Shown piece after piece: positions 39,916 through 50,506 of a stretch of 64,000 nucleotides of DNA. Positions within the stretch are counted from its first letter, which is position 1. Each line of letters opens with the position of its first letter. The position numbers and the translations under genes are program-made. The notes beneath the pieces were generated by a model. The model saw only the letters and a program-made list of their open reading frames with translations, was not told where the DNA came from and made no database searches. The stretch comes from Candidatus Staskawiczbacteria bacterium (GTDB lineage Bacteria > Patescibacteriota > Minisyncoccia > Minisyncoccales > Staskawiczbacteraceae): the NCBI GenBank assembly GCA_026395215.1, contig JAPLZC010000010.1:71371-135370 (forward strand), read 5' to 3'.

Positions 39916-42135
39916 TCAAAAAAATATGCCTTTTACAACTAGCCACATAAAATATGGCATGTCTATAAAAACTCTTTTCCATGTTACTTTTGGCTCTTTT
40001 AAAAGACGCCATAGCCATTCAAAACCACACCTTCCAACCCAAGTTGGGGCTCTTTTTACCTTACCACCCAAAAATTTAAAAGCGGCTCCAACTCCAATAA
40101 CCACGGGAACATTTAATTTCTCCCTGTGCTCAAAAATCCATCTTTCTTGCTTTGGCAAACCCAAAGCAACCCACAGCACATCTGGTTTTGCCTGATTTAT
40201 TTTTTGTATAATTTCTTCGTCTTCTTTTTCTGTTAATTTCCTAAATGGTGGCGAATATGATCCGGCAATTTTTAAATTGGGATATTTCTTTAATAACTCT
40301 ATATTCAGCGCGCCCAAGGTTTCATCTGTGTCTCCATAAAAATAACTACTAAGGCCATCTCTGTTAGCTACTTGGAAAAACTCCTTCATTAAATCGGCAC
40401 CAGAAACGCGCTCTTTTATATCAAACCTTTTTAGTTTGGCCAACCAAACCAAAGAAATTCCATCGGGCACCCACATATTGGCGTTAGAAATAACATACTT
40501 AAAATCTTTATGCCTTTCTGCTTCTACAATTCCATGCATACCGGTAACAATTACCCAATGTAACTTCTGTGATTCATTTTTTATCCAATATTTTATTTTC
40601 TCTACCACGTCTACGGTTTTTATTAAATCAATTTTGTTCCCATAAAAATCCAATTGTGTTTTTTTATTGCTACCCCTAACCTGACTATCTAAACACTGAA
40701 TATATGCAATTATTGGCGCTACAAAAAGCCAATCTGCACTGAAAAATGCAACAGATTCGGTTATAGACCTTACAGCAAAGAATACCAAAACCGCCGAAAG
40801 CATTACCAAAAAATTCTTTTCTTTTTGCTCAATATTATGATTTTTTAAAAGTCTCACCAACATTAAAAATGTTAGAACAAATGCTAACACAAAAGGAACA
40901 GTCCCCAAAATCCCTGCCTGTACCAACGCATGCACTATAGAATTATGCGCATGTTGCCCATTTAAAAAATACCTGTCTGCCTGAAAACCAAAACCAAATA
41001 TTGGATTTTTCAAAAACAAATGCATAGCGTCCGTCCAAACCCCACCGGTTCTACCACTTAAGGTGACAACATTTGTCCTAAGTGTGATTGGCGTAGTAAC
41101 AGGCTTTGTGATTATCGTAGTAGCGGGCTTTGTGATTGGCGTAGTAGCGGGCTTTATGTCTGCAGAGATAATAGGCTTTATGGCTGGCGAAATAACGGGC
41201 TTTGAGTCAACTTTTCCTACTGAAAACTTTGATAAAAAATTAACAACTGTCTGGTTACTACATGGAACATTATAAAAAACCACAAAAATAGATGCCGCAG
41301 TTACAAAACATGCCAATAAAAATATTCTAATACTTATTTTTTTAGCTAGCCAAATTGAAAAAATCATTGCAACCGAAAAACCAACAATCGCTGTTTTACC
41401 TTTTGAAAAAAATAAAATAATCAAAAATAAAACAAATGTAAAAAACCAAAGTATTTTTTTCCTTACTTTACTTTCGGCACACAAAAATCCTACCAGAGCA
41501 AAAATTGCCACAAATCCAGCATACCTTCCCAGTCCAGTTGGTCGGGTTCCGGCCATACCAAAAGTATCCGTTGCCGCAAAAACACCAGCCAACCCCTCAT
41601 ACGGTCTTGCGCCACAAATTAAAAAATTATAAGTTAAAGATCTTACCGCGCCAGGTTGAATTAACCAAAATAATGTCAGCCCAACAGCTAAAATGCCCGC
41701 AATAATTAAATTGATTATGATAACTTTTTTTAATAAATCCTTATTACCAATAATTGCCAAAAGAACAACTATAACGGCTCCATATAAAACTCCCCAGTGA
41801 AGAGCCCAAAAAGGACTTCTAGAAAATATTGAGGAAAAAATTCCTACAATTGTAAAAATTCCCAGCAAACCAAGCGGGGTTGTAAAAGTTTTTTTAGATA
41901 CTGCCCTATTTTTTATTAAAATAATTATTGATATAACCAAAGCCACAAACGGCAAAAGTGACCTAAACCCATGAATTAAGTCTATAGCACTATGCGGAAA
42001 CCCCGGAACAAAAAACCTGCTTATGTCAGTATTATATGTAGCCCATATACAAAGCCACAAAAAAACTGAAAGAATTACTTCTTTATATTGCTTAATTTTT
42101 TCTTTAATAATTTCAATCATAAAACTTTTTGGCAA
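39916..42135 (-). CDS. Fusion protein: O-antigen ligase/Wzy-like polytopic membrane domain plus C-terminal WecB/TagA/CpsF (GT26) glycosyltransferase
   Basis: 739 aa. The N-terminal roughly 480 aa are multi-TM and include a Wzy_C-like loop (GRTGGVWTDAM...FGFGFQADRY...HAHNSIVHALVQAGILG). The C-terminal roughly 240 aa carry VTGMHGIVEA...VPDGISLVW...LWVALGLPKQERW...IGVGAAFKFLGG...RAP.W....GFEWLWRLLKEP. Confidence 0.8.
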   Translation of the reverse strand: MPKSFMIEIIKEKIKQYKEVILSVFLWLCIWATYNTDISRFFVPGFPHSAIDLIHGFRSLLPFVALVISIIILIKNRAVSKKTFTTPLGLLGIFTIVGIFSSIFSRSPFWALHWGVLYGAVIVVLLAIIGNKDLLKKVIIINLIIAGILAVGLTLFWLIQPGAVRSLTYNFLICGARPYEGLAGVFAATDTFGMAGTRPTGLGRYAGFVAIFALVGFLCAESKVRKKILWFFTFVLFLIILFFSKGKTAIVGFSVAMIFSIWLAKKISIRIFLLACFVTAASIFVVFYNVPCSNQTVVNFLSKFSVGKVDSKPVISPAIKPIISADIKPATTPITKPATTIITKPVTTPITLRTNVVTLSGRTGGVWTDAMHLFLKNPIFGFGFQADRYFLNGQHAHNSIVHALVQAGILGTVPFVLAFVLTFLMLVRLLKNHNIEQKEKNFLVMLSAVLVFFAVRSITESVAFFSADWLFVAPIIAYIQCLDSQVRGSNKKTQLDFYGNKIDLIKTVDVVEKIKYWIKNESQKLHWVIVTGMHGIVEAERHKDFKYVISNANMWVPDGISLVWLAKLKRFDIKERVSGADLMKEFFQVANRDGLSSYFYGDTDETLGALNIELLKKYPNLKIAGSYSPPFRKLTEKEDEEIIQKINQAKPDVLWVALGLPKQERWIFEHREKLNVPVVIGVGAAFKFLGGKVKRAPTWVGRCGFEWLWRLLKEPKVTWKRVFIDMPYFMWLVVKGIFF
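41084..41203. repeat. Five tandem 24-bp repeats inside the Wzy-GT26 fusion gene
   Basis: Units at 41084, 41108, 41132, 41156 and 41180. The first three are GTGATTGGCGTAGTAACAGGCTTT, GTGATTATCGTAGTAGCGGGCTTT and GTGATTGGCGTAGTAGCGGGCTTT. They encode 8-aa repeats (KPVTTPIT / KPATTIIT / KPATTPIT / KPIISADI / KPVISPAI). Confidence 0.9.
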
Positions 42136-43376
42136 TCTACGGTTACTTTGTAAATTTCATTTAACTTGCTCCCCAGCTTATCCCAATCATATTCTCTCTC
42201 CGCCTTTTCTCTTGCCCCCTTTCCAAGCCGTAATCTTAATTCTTTATCAGAATACAATTTTTCCAAAGCCATTGCCATATCCTTAACCGCCTGCTCAGAA
42301 TTTTCTGCCTTTACCTTTATGCCACAACTGTCATCTACATGAAACCCAGGCCCAGCCAAGTCAAAACAAACCACTGGCTTTCCCTCGGCCATTGCCTCTA
42401 CAACAACTGCTCCCCCGCCATCACGCAAACTACAAAATATAAATAAATCAGAAATTCCAATCTCGTTCATTAGATCACCATGACTAAGCCATCCCTTAAA
42501 AATGACCTTATTATCAATGCAAAGTTTTTTTGCTAAGTTTTTTAAATTAGATAATTCTGGTCCGTCTCCAACAATTACTAATTTAGAATTGTAATTGTTT
42601 TCCGAAAAAACCTTAAAAGCCTTAATAGCCAAATCAAATCCTTTAATTTTTATCAGCTTACCCGCAGATATAACTGAAAAAATATCATTATTATTATTTC
42701 CATTAACGCAAGCAATGTCCTTTATTGACGCCCCATTAACAGGGAAAAATTCTGCCTTGTCTTTCCATTTTTTAGGTAAAATATCAAAAGCCTCCCTATT
42801 ACAAACTAGTATTTTTTTTGCTCTATTTTGCCCCATAATAAAGAAAGGGTCATGCCTAAATAACCACTGCCCAATAGTTCTAACCTTGTCAGATAACCTT
42901 TCCTTAAATGAATACTCTTTCATAAATGCATCCGGCACACGATGTGCCCCTCCACCAGGACCCCTTAGATATGGCACCTTTAATAGTGCTCCAATATAAC
43001 TGGCCATCCAGTCATTAGCATAAGTTATATGGTGGAAAGCATCAAACTTGATTTCTTCATGTAATTTTTTAGCAACAAAATAAGATTTTATTTGCCATAA
43101 ATACGAATAAATTTGTATACCACCCTTATGAAAATTTTCTAAAAAGCTCAAGATAGGCGATAATTTTATATAGCAAAAATGTATATTCAATAATTTTTCT
43201 TTTGCCATTAAAGCTTCAATACTTTTTTGGTTATAACTGTGAGTTAATACATAAACATCAAAAAACCGACCCATTTGTTTTACAAGGTTCCAACCCAGCT
43301 CTGCTTCTCCGCCGATGTTTTTAACCCCACTCTCAGAAACGCAAGAATATGCACAAACCAAAACCTTCTTTTTCAT
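42117..43376 (-). CDS. Glycosyltransferase, GT4 (GT-B) family
   Basis: 419 aa. An N-terminal GT4-like sugar-binding domain and a C-terminal Glycos_transf_1 pattern (VIVGDGPE...GWLSHGDL...SLRDGGGAVVVEAMAEGKPVV). Confidence 0.8.
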   Translation of the reverse strand: MKKKVLVCAYSCVSESGVKNIGGEAELGWNLVKQMGRFFDVYVLTHSYNQKSIEALMAKEKLLNIHFCYIKLSPILSFLENFHKGGIQIYSYLWQIKSYFVAKKLHEEIKFDAFHHITYANDWMASYIGALLKVPYLRGPGGGAHRVPDAFMKEYSFKERLSDKVRTIGQWLFRHDPFFIMGQNRAKKILVCNREAFDILPKKWKDKAEFFPVNGASIKDIACVNGNNNNDIFSVISAGKLIKIKGFDLAIKAFKVFSENNYNSKLVIVGDGPELSNLKNLAKKLCIDNKVIFKGWLSHGDLMNEIGISDLFIFCSLRDGGGAVVVEAMAEGKPVVCFDLAGPGFHVDDSCGIKVKAENSEQAVKDMAMALEKLYSDKELRLRLGKGAREKAEREYDWDKLGSKLNEIYKVTVDCQKVL

Positions 43377-44200
43377 TATTTTTTTTGAGCTATTATGTGA
43401 TATGCGCTGAATCCCCTTTTAAAGGTATCAATTTTTCCAAATCCAAATGATTTTATCAATTCAATAACCTTTCCTTCTGTTATGCCTTGTGGAAAAAGAC
43501 CCACATGAACTTCACAACAAATTATTTTACACTCCGGGTTAGTTAATGTCTTTTTCAAACCATTAATAACAGAATACTCATAACCCTCAACATCAACCTT
43601 GATTGCTTTTGGAATAGGCAATCCATTTTGAACAACAAAATCATCCCCATTCACTATTTCTATGTCTTCTGATTTTACTGTCTTATCATAAATGTTAACC
43701 AAACTAAAATTACCAGTTGTCCCACTGATATAAAGCTTTCCAGAAGATGTTGTTTCTCCCAAAGCCTTACCTACTATTTCTATGTTGGTTAAATTATTTA
43801 GTCCTATGTTGTCTTTTAACTTTACCAGGCTTTCTTTTTCTGGTTCAAAAGCTATAATTTTACCACTAGGTCCAACTTTTTTAGCCAATATAATAGAAAA
43901 AATTCCTATATTAGCCCCTATATCATAAACAACATCCCCGGCATTTAAAAGCGAACACAATGAATTAAGAACCTTTTTCTCCCCCTCGTCGCCTACCACA
44001 GATTCTATAATCCTTAATTCGTCGGGACTTTTTACAAAAAACTTATTCAACACACCAAAAAAATCAACCTTTAACACATTGTCTTTTGGATGAAATAGAA
44101 TATAGTAACCTTTTCTAAGAATACCTCTTAAATGCAAAACACGTGCTGCTTTCACAAAAAACGGATTATAAGAAACTTTTTTTAAAAAATTATTTTTCAT
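43376..44200 (-). CDS. FkbM-family SAM-dependent methyltransferase
   Basis: 274 aa. VVYDIGANIGIFSIILAKKV...IIAFEP...IKVDVEGYE. Confidence 0.8.
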   Translation of the reverse strand: MKNNFLKKVSYNPFFVKAARVLHLRGILRKGYYILFHPKDNVLKVDFFGVLNKFFVKSPDELRIIESVVGDEGEKKVLNSLCSLLNAGDVVYDIGANIGIFSIILAKKVGPSGKIIAFEPEKESLVKLKDNIGLNNLTNIEIVGKALGETTSSGKLYISGTTGNFSLVNIYDKTVKSEDIEIVNGDDFVVQNGLPIPKAIKVDVEGYEYSVINGLKKTLTNPECKIICCEVHVGLFPQGITEGKVIELIKSFGFGKIDTFKRGFSAYHIIAQKK

Positions 44201-45410
44201 TTTTTATTGTATTTAATAAATTTAATATTCGCATTATAGGATCTGCTTCACTCAACCATTTGTTTATTATATCGAATGATCTCTGACCGAAAAGCTGTCT
44301 CCCTTCTTTTGGCAAGTTCATAATTTTTTCAATAGCTTCTGAAAATTGATCTGCATTTCCAACTGAGAAAATAAACCCATTATATCCATTTTTTATAAGA
44401 TCAACGCTTGCTCCAACACGTTCTGAAGTAATAACCGGCAAGCTAAAACACATAGCCTCGTTTATAACAATTCCCCATGTTTCAAATTCAGACGGTAAAA
44501 CCAGAACATCGGCTGCTACATAAAAATCTCCTAATTTCTCGCGTGGTTGAAATCCTGTCAATATCACATTCTTAATGGAAAGATTATTAATACACTGCTC
44601 AAATTCTTTTCTCATCGGACCATCTCCAACAATAAATAACTTTTTATTTCCATTTTTTATTTTTCTATAAGCTTCTAAAAGCAACATGGGCATTTTTTCT
44701 TTCGACAGCCTACCAACATATAATATCACGAAATCATTTTTTTCAATTCCTAAAGATTTTCTTATTCCGTCTCTTTTTGGATTAAGCTGCTTTGCCTTCT
44801 CTAAAAAATATTCATACCCCCAAGAAAAATAAACACGGACCATCTTTTCTGGCGGGACTCCATAATATTTATAAAGTTCTTCGTTAGTTGTTCCCGAGGT
44901 CAAAAAGCCACTAGCATTTTCAAATAAAAAATTCCCGAGAATTATTTTCTTTAAAAATATTTTAAATTTAGATTTTGATGATTCGGCCGCCACATTCGCA
45001 TCTGTCATAAATAAAACAGGAGTTTTATATCTTAAACAGGCGAAAAAAGCTATCCACCAAGTTAAATTTGTCCAGGATTGGAGGACTACGCCATCATATT
45101 TACCACTTTTAATATCATTCCAAATACCAAAATTCATCAAACCAAATGGCCAATTCAAACAAGATGGATTTAAAGAATAATTTTTCAAAAACATATAATG
45201 ATACCCTCTTAACAAATTAATTTTATCAACCGTATTTTTTTTCGTTTCATACATCCTTTCGATATCGGTACCATGTATGGCCTCATCAGAACAATAATAG
45301 ACGGTCAAATCAATCTCACTTGAACTTTCCAGTCTGCGATAAAGTGGAACGTGATAATAAAGAGGTGTTGGGGCAATAATTGCTAGTTTGTACAATTTTT
45401 TATTTTGCAT
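44190..45410 (-). CDS. Glycosyltransferase, GT4 (GT-B) family
   Basis: 406 aa. ILYVGRLSKEK...FIVGDGP...ADVLVLPSEFETWGIVINEAMCFSLPVI. Confidence 0.8.
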   Translation of the reverse strand: MQNKKLYKLAIIAPTPLYYHVPLYRRLESSSEIDLTVYYCSDEAIHGTDIERMYETKKNTVDKINLLRGYHYMFLKNYSLNPSCLNWPFGLMNFGIWNDIKSGKYDGVVLQSWTNLTWWIAFFACLRYKTPVLFMTDANVAAESSKSKFKIFLKKIILGNFLFENASGFLTSGTTNEELYKYYGVPPEKMVRVYFSWGYEYFLEKAKQLNPKRDGIRKSLGIEKNDFVILYVGRLSKEKMPMLLLEAYRKIKNGNKKLFIVGDGPMRKEFEQCINNLSIKNVILTGFQPREKLGDFYVAADVLVLPSEFETWGIVINEAMCFSLPVITSERVGASVDLIKNGYNGFIFSVGNADQFSEAIEKIMNLPKEGRQLFGQRSFDIINKWLSEADPIMRILNLLNTIKNEK

Positions 45411-45422
45411 TTTTTTTATTTA

Positions 45423-46562
45423 TTATATTGCTCTCCTGTCAACTTTAGATTTTTCGAAAATTGCTATGTTACGAAGCCAAATTTTCTCCCATTCTTTGCT
45501 ATATTTAATTTTAATAAAAATTTTATACAATCCTCTCATTATAAAAGCTGGCGTAATATAAATAATCACAAAAAAAACGGAAAGGAAAATTGCGTCTCCC
45601 AATGATGCTCCTTGGAAAAATAATTTTAGGCATCCCGGAAAGGAAAAAAAATTAAAATTATCAAATACTTTCATAATCGCCATTTGTTTGAAGATAAACA
45701 TTTTCAATTTTTTTTGGTCATTAACAATCGCCATTCTACAAAAATCATTCATGTATCCACTGTTCACCAATAAGTCATTAAGCTTCTTCCTACCCACATA
45801 AAATACCTTAAATTCATCTTCAATGTAAGGTTTGCGGTAATGTGGCCCCTCCTCAATTATTAATTCGTTAAACTTTAATGTATCTAATTGCGGATATTTC
45901 AAAAGCATGAGCTGGTATAAAAAGGCATGTGTAAAATATTTTCCAGTTGCTTTTTCCACTATTTCCACTTCTTCTTCTATTGTTCTTTTAACAAAATCAC
46001 TATTAAATATTAATACAGACAAGAATGAATTACCAGAACTTGTACCCATGACGTCTTCTGTTTTTATTTTATAAATTTTTTCTCTGGTTTTTTCAGCTGT
46101 GCCGGAATAAACCGACGATTTTACAGTTTTTTTGTTAATAATATTTGTGCCACAGCCAATTATAACAAGCCCTGTGTTTTTATCGCACTTATTATCCACA
46201 AAATTTACAACCATTTTGATTCCGCCTTCGATAATCAAATCGTCATCTCCAAGTGTCCAAATAAAATCTCCTTGCGCCATCTCCATTAATTTAAGTATGT
46301 TTCTGTCGGCACCTATATTTTCCTGATTTTTATTGTATTTTATCAAATCCGAATATTTTTCCCTAAAACTTGTCGCAACTTCGTGGGTTTTATCGTTTGA
46401 GTCATTGTTCGAAATACAAATTTCAACCAAACCATTCATTTCTTCTACCTGAGGCATAATATTATTCAAAAGATTTTTCAAAAAATCCGCCCTATTATAT
46501 GTTGGGATGGCAATGCTTATCAGGGGTTTATTTGTTGGTTCGTGATTCATTTTAATTAACAA
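45423..46562 (-). CDS. Glycosyltransferase family 2 (tandem paralog A)
   Basis: 379 aa. ISIAIPTYNRADFLKNLL...ICISNNDSND...DDD, with a hydrophobic C-terminal region. Collinear with the next gene. Confidence 0.8.
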   Translation of the reverse strand: MLIKMNHEPTNKPLISIAIPTYNRADFLKNLLNNIMPQVEEMNGLVEICISNNDSNDKTHEVATSFREKYSDLIKYNKNQENIGADRNILKLMEMAQGDFIWTLGDDDLIIEGGIKMVVNFVDNKCDKNTGLVIIGCGTNIINKKTVKSSVYSGTAEKTREKIYKIKTEDVMGTSSGNSFLSVLIFNSDFVKRTIEEEVEIVEKATGKYFTHAFLYQLMLLKYPQLDTLKFNELIIEEGPHYRKPYIEDEFKVFYVGRKKLNDLLVNSGYMNDFCRMAIVNDQKKLKMFIFKQMAIMKVFDNFNFFSFPGCLKLFFQGASLGDAIFLSVFFVIIYITPAFIMRGLYKIFIKIKYSKEWEKIWLRNIAIFEKSKVDRRAI

Positions 46563-46585
46563 ATTTTACAATCATCAAATTAATA

Positions 46586-47680
46586 CTATGCCACGGTATT
46601 CTCGGTCGCTATGACAAACCATATTTTTTCCCAATTTTTTTTGTATTTAATCATGATAAAATTTTTATAAAGATTTTTTAAAACAAAATCGGGGGTAACA
46701 TAAAAAAATGTAAAGGCTAAAGAAATAGAAACTGCATCAGTGAATGTTGCCTGCTGAAAAAATAGTTTCACATACTTTAAAAAAGACTCATAATCTGGCC
46801 TACCGAATGCTTTCGTAATGCCTATTTCTTTGATAATAAGTTTTACAAATTTTTTATGGTCATCGCTAATTATTTTTTTATAACAATCTTTTCCATATCC
46901 GCTTTTCAGTAATAAATCATTTAATTTTTTTGGAGACGCATAAAATAACTTAAATGCCTTTTCTAAAGAAAGCCTGCCAATATGTAAGTCTTCCCTCACG
47001 ATTGCTTCGTTAAACTTTAATGCATCTAATTGTGGATATTTCAAAAGCATGAGCTGGTATAAAAAAGTATGCATGTAATTATTTCCTATTGACTCTTCTA
47101 TTATTTGTTTATCTTCCTTTAAGATTTCTTTAGCAAAAATACTATTAAGCAATAATACCGAAAGAAATGAATTGCCAAGATTTAATCCTATAATATCTTT
47201 TAAGTCTATTATATGCATTTCAGAACCACCCTTTGTTACCGTATCAGAATATACCGTCTCTTCTTTAGTTTTATTGTCGATGAAATAATTTTTGCATCCA
47301 AGAATAATAAGACCTGTATTTTTATCAGAATACTTATTCACAAAATTAATGACTTTTTTAATGCCGTCTTCAATAATTGAATCATCGTCTCCAAAAAACC
47401 AAACAAATCTTCCTGCTGCCATTTCTACCAACTTAAGTGCATTTACATCAGACCCTAAATTTTCCTTGTTTTTATTATACTTTATTAAACCTGGATAGTC
47501 TTTTTGAAAGCGTAACACAACCTCTTCGGTATTATCAATGGAACAATTATTAGAAATACAAATCTCTATCAAACCTGGCAATTCTATTAGTTGTCCGACA
47601 ATTTGGTGCAAAAGGCTCTCCAAAAAAATTGCACGGTTATATGTGGGAATGGATATGCTTATTAAGGGATTACTGTTCAT
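46586..47680 (-). CDS. Glycosyltransferase family 2 (tandem paralog B)
   Basis: 364 aa. ISISIPTYNRAIFLESLL...ICISNNCSID...GDDD. It shares long identical strings with paralog A (HTFLYQLMLLKYPQLD.LKFNE). Confidence 0.8.
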   Translation of the reverse strand: MNSNPLISISIPTYNRAIFLESLLHQIVGQLIELPGLIEICISNNCSIDNTEEVVLRFQKDYPGLIKYNKNKENLGSDVNALKLVEMAAGRFVWFFGDDDSIIEDGIKKVINFVNKYSDKNTGLIILGCKNYFIDNKTKEETVYSDTVTKGGSEMHIIDLKDIIGLNLGNSFLSVLLLNSIFAKEILKEDKQIIEESIGNNYMHTFLYQLMLLKYPQLDALKFNEAIVREDLHIGRLSLEKAFKLFYASPKKLNDLLLKSGYGKDCYKKIISDDHKKFVKLIIKEIGITKAFGRPDYESFLKYVKLFFQQATFTDAVSISLAFTFFYVTPDFVLKNLYKNFIMIKYKKNWEKIWFVIATENTVA

Positions 47681-47733
47681 TTGTGTGTTATAAAATTGAT
47701 TATTACTTTAAAATTAGATAGAATTGATTAACT

Positions 47734-49182
47734 ATGTCTTACAAAAAATTTACAAAAGATATCGGACTTATGGGGTTAACCCAAGTGATAACAGTTTTAA
47801 GTGGAATTGTTACTTTACCTATTATAACAAAATTATTGGGTGCTGGAAATTATGGAATCTGGGTTCAATTATTAGTTACTCTTGGACTTATATCTTCTAT
47901 AGCCGTCATAAATCTTCCCAATGCCATAGTTAGATTTTTACCTGGGGAAAAAGATAAAAAAGAAATTCAAGATGGAATCTGGTCTGTATTTGTTTTAATG
48001 TTAGGAATTATTATAATTATTTCTCTATTACTGATATGTTTTTCTGGTATCATTTCAAAATTCTTAGGGTGTCAGCAAATTTTTATTTTAATCCTATCAC
48101 AAATTATAATCTTTGACTGCCTTAATTCTCTATTAGCCAGCGTTTTCAGAGCATTCCAAGAAATTATAAAATATTGTTCTTTCATTATCTTCCAAAAAAT
48201 CGGAGAAGCAAGTTTAATTATTCTATCAGTATTACTCGGATACGGATTATTGGGTGCCGTTATATCAATGCTAATTGTAAGAATTTTATTTTTCTTAATA
48301 ATGGGAGGAATTGTCGTTAGAAAGGTTGGTATAAAAATTCCGAAATTTATAAAAATAAAAGAATACTTGTCTTTTTGCCTACCCCTTGCTCCTGTAGATA
48401 TTTCCTATTGGGTTGTTCAATCAAGTGATAAATATTTCATAGGTTTTTTTCTGGGAACATTATTTGTAGGTTATTATGCACCGGCATACACATTGGGGTG
48501 CTACATAACTTTTTCTATAGCGCCGTTAGGTTTTTTGCTGCCAGCAATTTTGGCAAAACATCACGATGAAAATGAAATTGAAAAAGTGAAAACATATTTA
48601 AGTTACTCCTTAAAATACTTTTTGATGATTGCCATACCTGCGGTTTTCGGGATTTCTGTTTTAGCGAAACCGTTATTAACAACTTTTTCAACTGCGGAAA
48701 TAGCTCAACATTCATATTTTGTAATTCCTTTTGTGGCTCTAAGTATGATGTTATCTGGAATATATACAATTGTCACCCAAAATCTTTTGATCAAAAAGAA
48801 AACTAAAATAGGCGGAGCTATTTGGATTGCAGCGGCTGTTTTAAATTTTGGATTAAATTTTATATTTATTCCACGGTTCGGAATTTTAGGGGCCGCAATC
48901 ACAACCCTTTTAGCTTTCAGTTTTGTTACTGTAGCAGGATGGTATTATTCGTTTAAAGAGCTCTCCTTTAAGGTTGACTGGGGAATAATTTTAAAAAGTA
49001 TTCTGTCGGCTGTTATAATGTCTATTTTCGTTATCTGGCTAAACCCCGTTGGGATTTACAGAGAATTAATTGCAGTTATTTTAGGAGGCCTAGTTTATGG
49101 GGTTTTGATAATTTTATTAAAAGGCTTCAGCATGCAAGAAATACAGTTTTTTAAAAATTTACTTAAAAATGACCAATCTTAG
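47734..49182 (+). CDS. Polysaccharide flippase (Wzx/MOP superfamily)
   Basis: 482 aa with about 12-14 predicted TM helices. The N-terminal GLTQVITVLSGIVTLPIITKLLG pattern is typical of polysaccharide biosynthesis protein family members. Confidence 0.8.
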   Translation: MSYKKFTKDIGLMGLTQVITVLSGIVTLPIITKLLGAGNYGIWVQLLVTLGLISSIAVINLPNAIVRFLPGEKDKKEIQDGIWSVFVLMLGIIIIISLLLICFSGIISKFLGCQQIFILILSQIIIFDCLNSLLASVFRAFQEIIKYCSFIIFQKIGEASLIILSVLLGYGLLGAVISMLIVRILFFLIMGGIVVRKVGIKIPKFIKIKEYLSFCLPLAPVDISYWVVQSSDKYFIGFFLGTLFVGYYAPAYTLGCYITFSIAPLGFLLPAILAKHHDENEIEKVKTYLSYSLKYFLMIAIPAVFGISVLAKPLLTTFSTAEIAQHSYFVIPFVALSMMLSGIYTIVTQNLLIKKKTKIGGAIWIAAAVLNFGLNFIFIPRFGILGAAITTLLAFSFVTVAGWYYSFKELSFKVDWGIILKSILSAVIMSIFVIWLNPVGIYRELIAVILGGLVYGVLIILLKGFSMQEIQFFKNLLKNDQS

Positions 49183-50504
49183 TTTAACTGTTCAAAAAAT
49201 TCTTTAAAAACTTTTTCTATATAAGCTAGCTTTTCTTTTGTTAGCCCGGGGTAAACGCCAATCCAGAAAAGATTATTCATTATTGTGTCTGTATTTTCTA
49301 AATCTCCATAAGTTCGGCATTTTATATTCTCATATGCCGGCTGTTTTAATAAATTACCTCCAAAAAGCATTCTGGTGGCAATTTTATTTTTTTCTAAATA
49401 ATTTACAATCTCAGCTCTTGTAAACGGTGCGTCCGGTTTAACTAAAATTGGAAACCCAAACCAAGACGGCTCTGAATTTTTATTCACTTCGGGTAAAACA
49501 AAATATTTATTGTATTTTTGTAAAAATCTATAAATAAAATTAAAATTCTCTCTTCTTGCCTTGATAAATTTAGGTAGTTTTTTTAGTTGCGCCAGCCCAA
49601 TTGCCGCCTGCATATCGGTAATTTTTAGATTATATCCTATGTGAGAATAAATATATTTATGGTCGTAACCTTTTGGAAGCTTTCCAAGTTGCCATGAATA
49701 TCTATTTTTACAACTATTATCACAACCAGAATCACACCAGCAATCTCTACCCCAATCTCTAAAAGAAGCAATAATTTTCTTTAACAAAGGGTTATTTGTC
49801 AAAACAGCTCCCCCTTCTCCCATTGTTATATGGTGAGCAGGATAAAAACTGCTTGTTGAGATATCTCCAAAAGTTCCTGTGTATTTTCCGTTATATTTAG
49901 ACCCCAAAGCATCACAATTGTCTTCAACTACCCAAAGCTTGTTCTTTTTTGCAATTTTCAATATTTTACCAATATCAAACGAATTGCCAAGAGTATGAGC
50001 AACAATAATTGCCTTGGTTTTTTTAGAAATTGCTTTCTGAATTTTTTCTACCTGAATATTATAAGTTCCTAAGTCAACATCAACAAAAACTGGCACCAGA
50101 TTATTTTGCAAAATAGGGTTTAAAGTTGTAGGAAAACCGCAAGCTGTGGTTATTACCTCGTCTCCGGGCTTCAATCTCCTTTCCCCCAGCTTTGGTGAAG
50201 TTAGCGCTGAAATAGCCAAAAGGTTAGCAGAAGAACCTGAGTTTGTAAGTAAACAATATTTAACACCCAAAAACTCCGCGAATTCCTTTTCAAATTGCCC
50301 CGCATATTTTCCGGCAGTCAACCAAAAATCCAATGAAGAATCAACCAAATTCACCAATTCCTTTTCATCATAAATCCTGCCAGCATAGTTTATATAATCC
50401 TTACCACCAACAAATTTATGCGTGTCTTTCCCAGCAAGATAAAATTCTTTTACCTTTTTTAATATATCATTCCTAATCTCGTTTTGTTTTTCTTTGTATT
50501 CCAT
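49179..50504 (-). CDS. rfbH: RfbH/DdhC-type PMP-dependent CDP-6-deoxy-4-keto-glucose 3-dehydrase (DegT/DnrJ/EryC1 fold)
   Basis: 441 aa. KFVGGKDYINYAGRIYDEKELVNLVDSSLDFWLTAGKY...EFAEFLG..., and a Cys cluster (WGRDCWCDSGCDNSCKNRY) characteristic of the Fe-S-binding E1 dehydrase rather than an ordinary aminotransferase. Confidence 0.75.
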   Translation of the reverse strand: MEYKEKQNEIRNDILKKVKEFYLAGKDTHKFVGGKDYINYAGRIYDEKELVNLVDSSLDFWLTAGKYAGQFEKEFAEFLGVKYCLLTNSGSSANLLAISALTSPKLGERRLKPGDEVITTACGFPTTLNPILQNNLVPVFVDVDLGTYNIQVEKIQKAISKKTKAIIVAHTLGNSFDIGKILKIAKKNKLWVVEDNCDALGSKYNGKYTGTFGDISTSSFYPAHHITMGEGGAVLTNNPLLKKIIASFRDWGRDCWCDSGCDNSCKNRYSWQLGKLPKGYDHKYIYSHIGYNLKITDMQAAIGLAQLKKLPKFIKARRENFNFIYRFLQKYNKYFVLPEVNKNSEPSWFGFPILVKPDAPFTRAEIVNYLEKNKIATRMLFGGNLLKQPAYENIKCRTYGDLENTDTIMNNLFWIGVYPGLTKEKLAYIEKVFKEFFEQLN

Positions 50505-50506
50505 AA

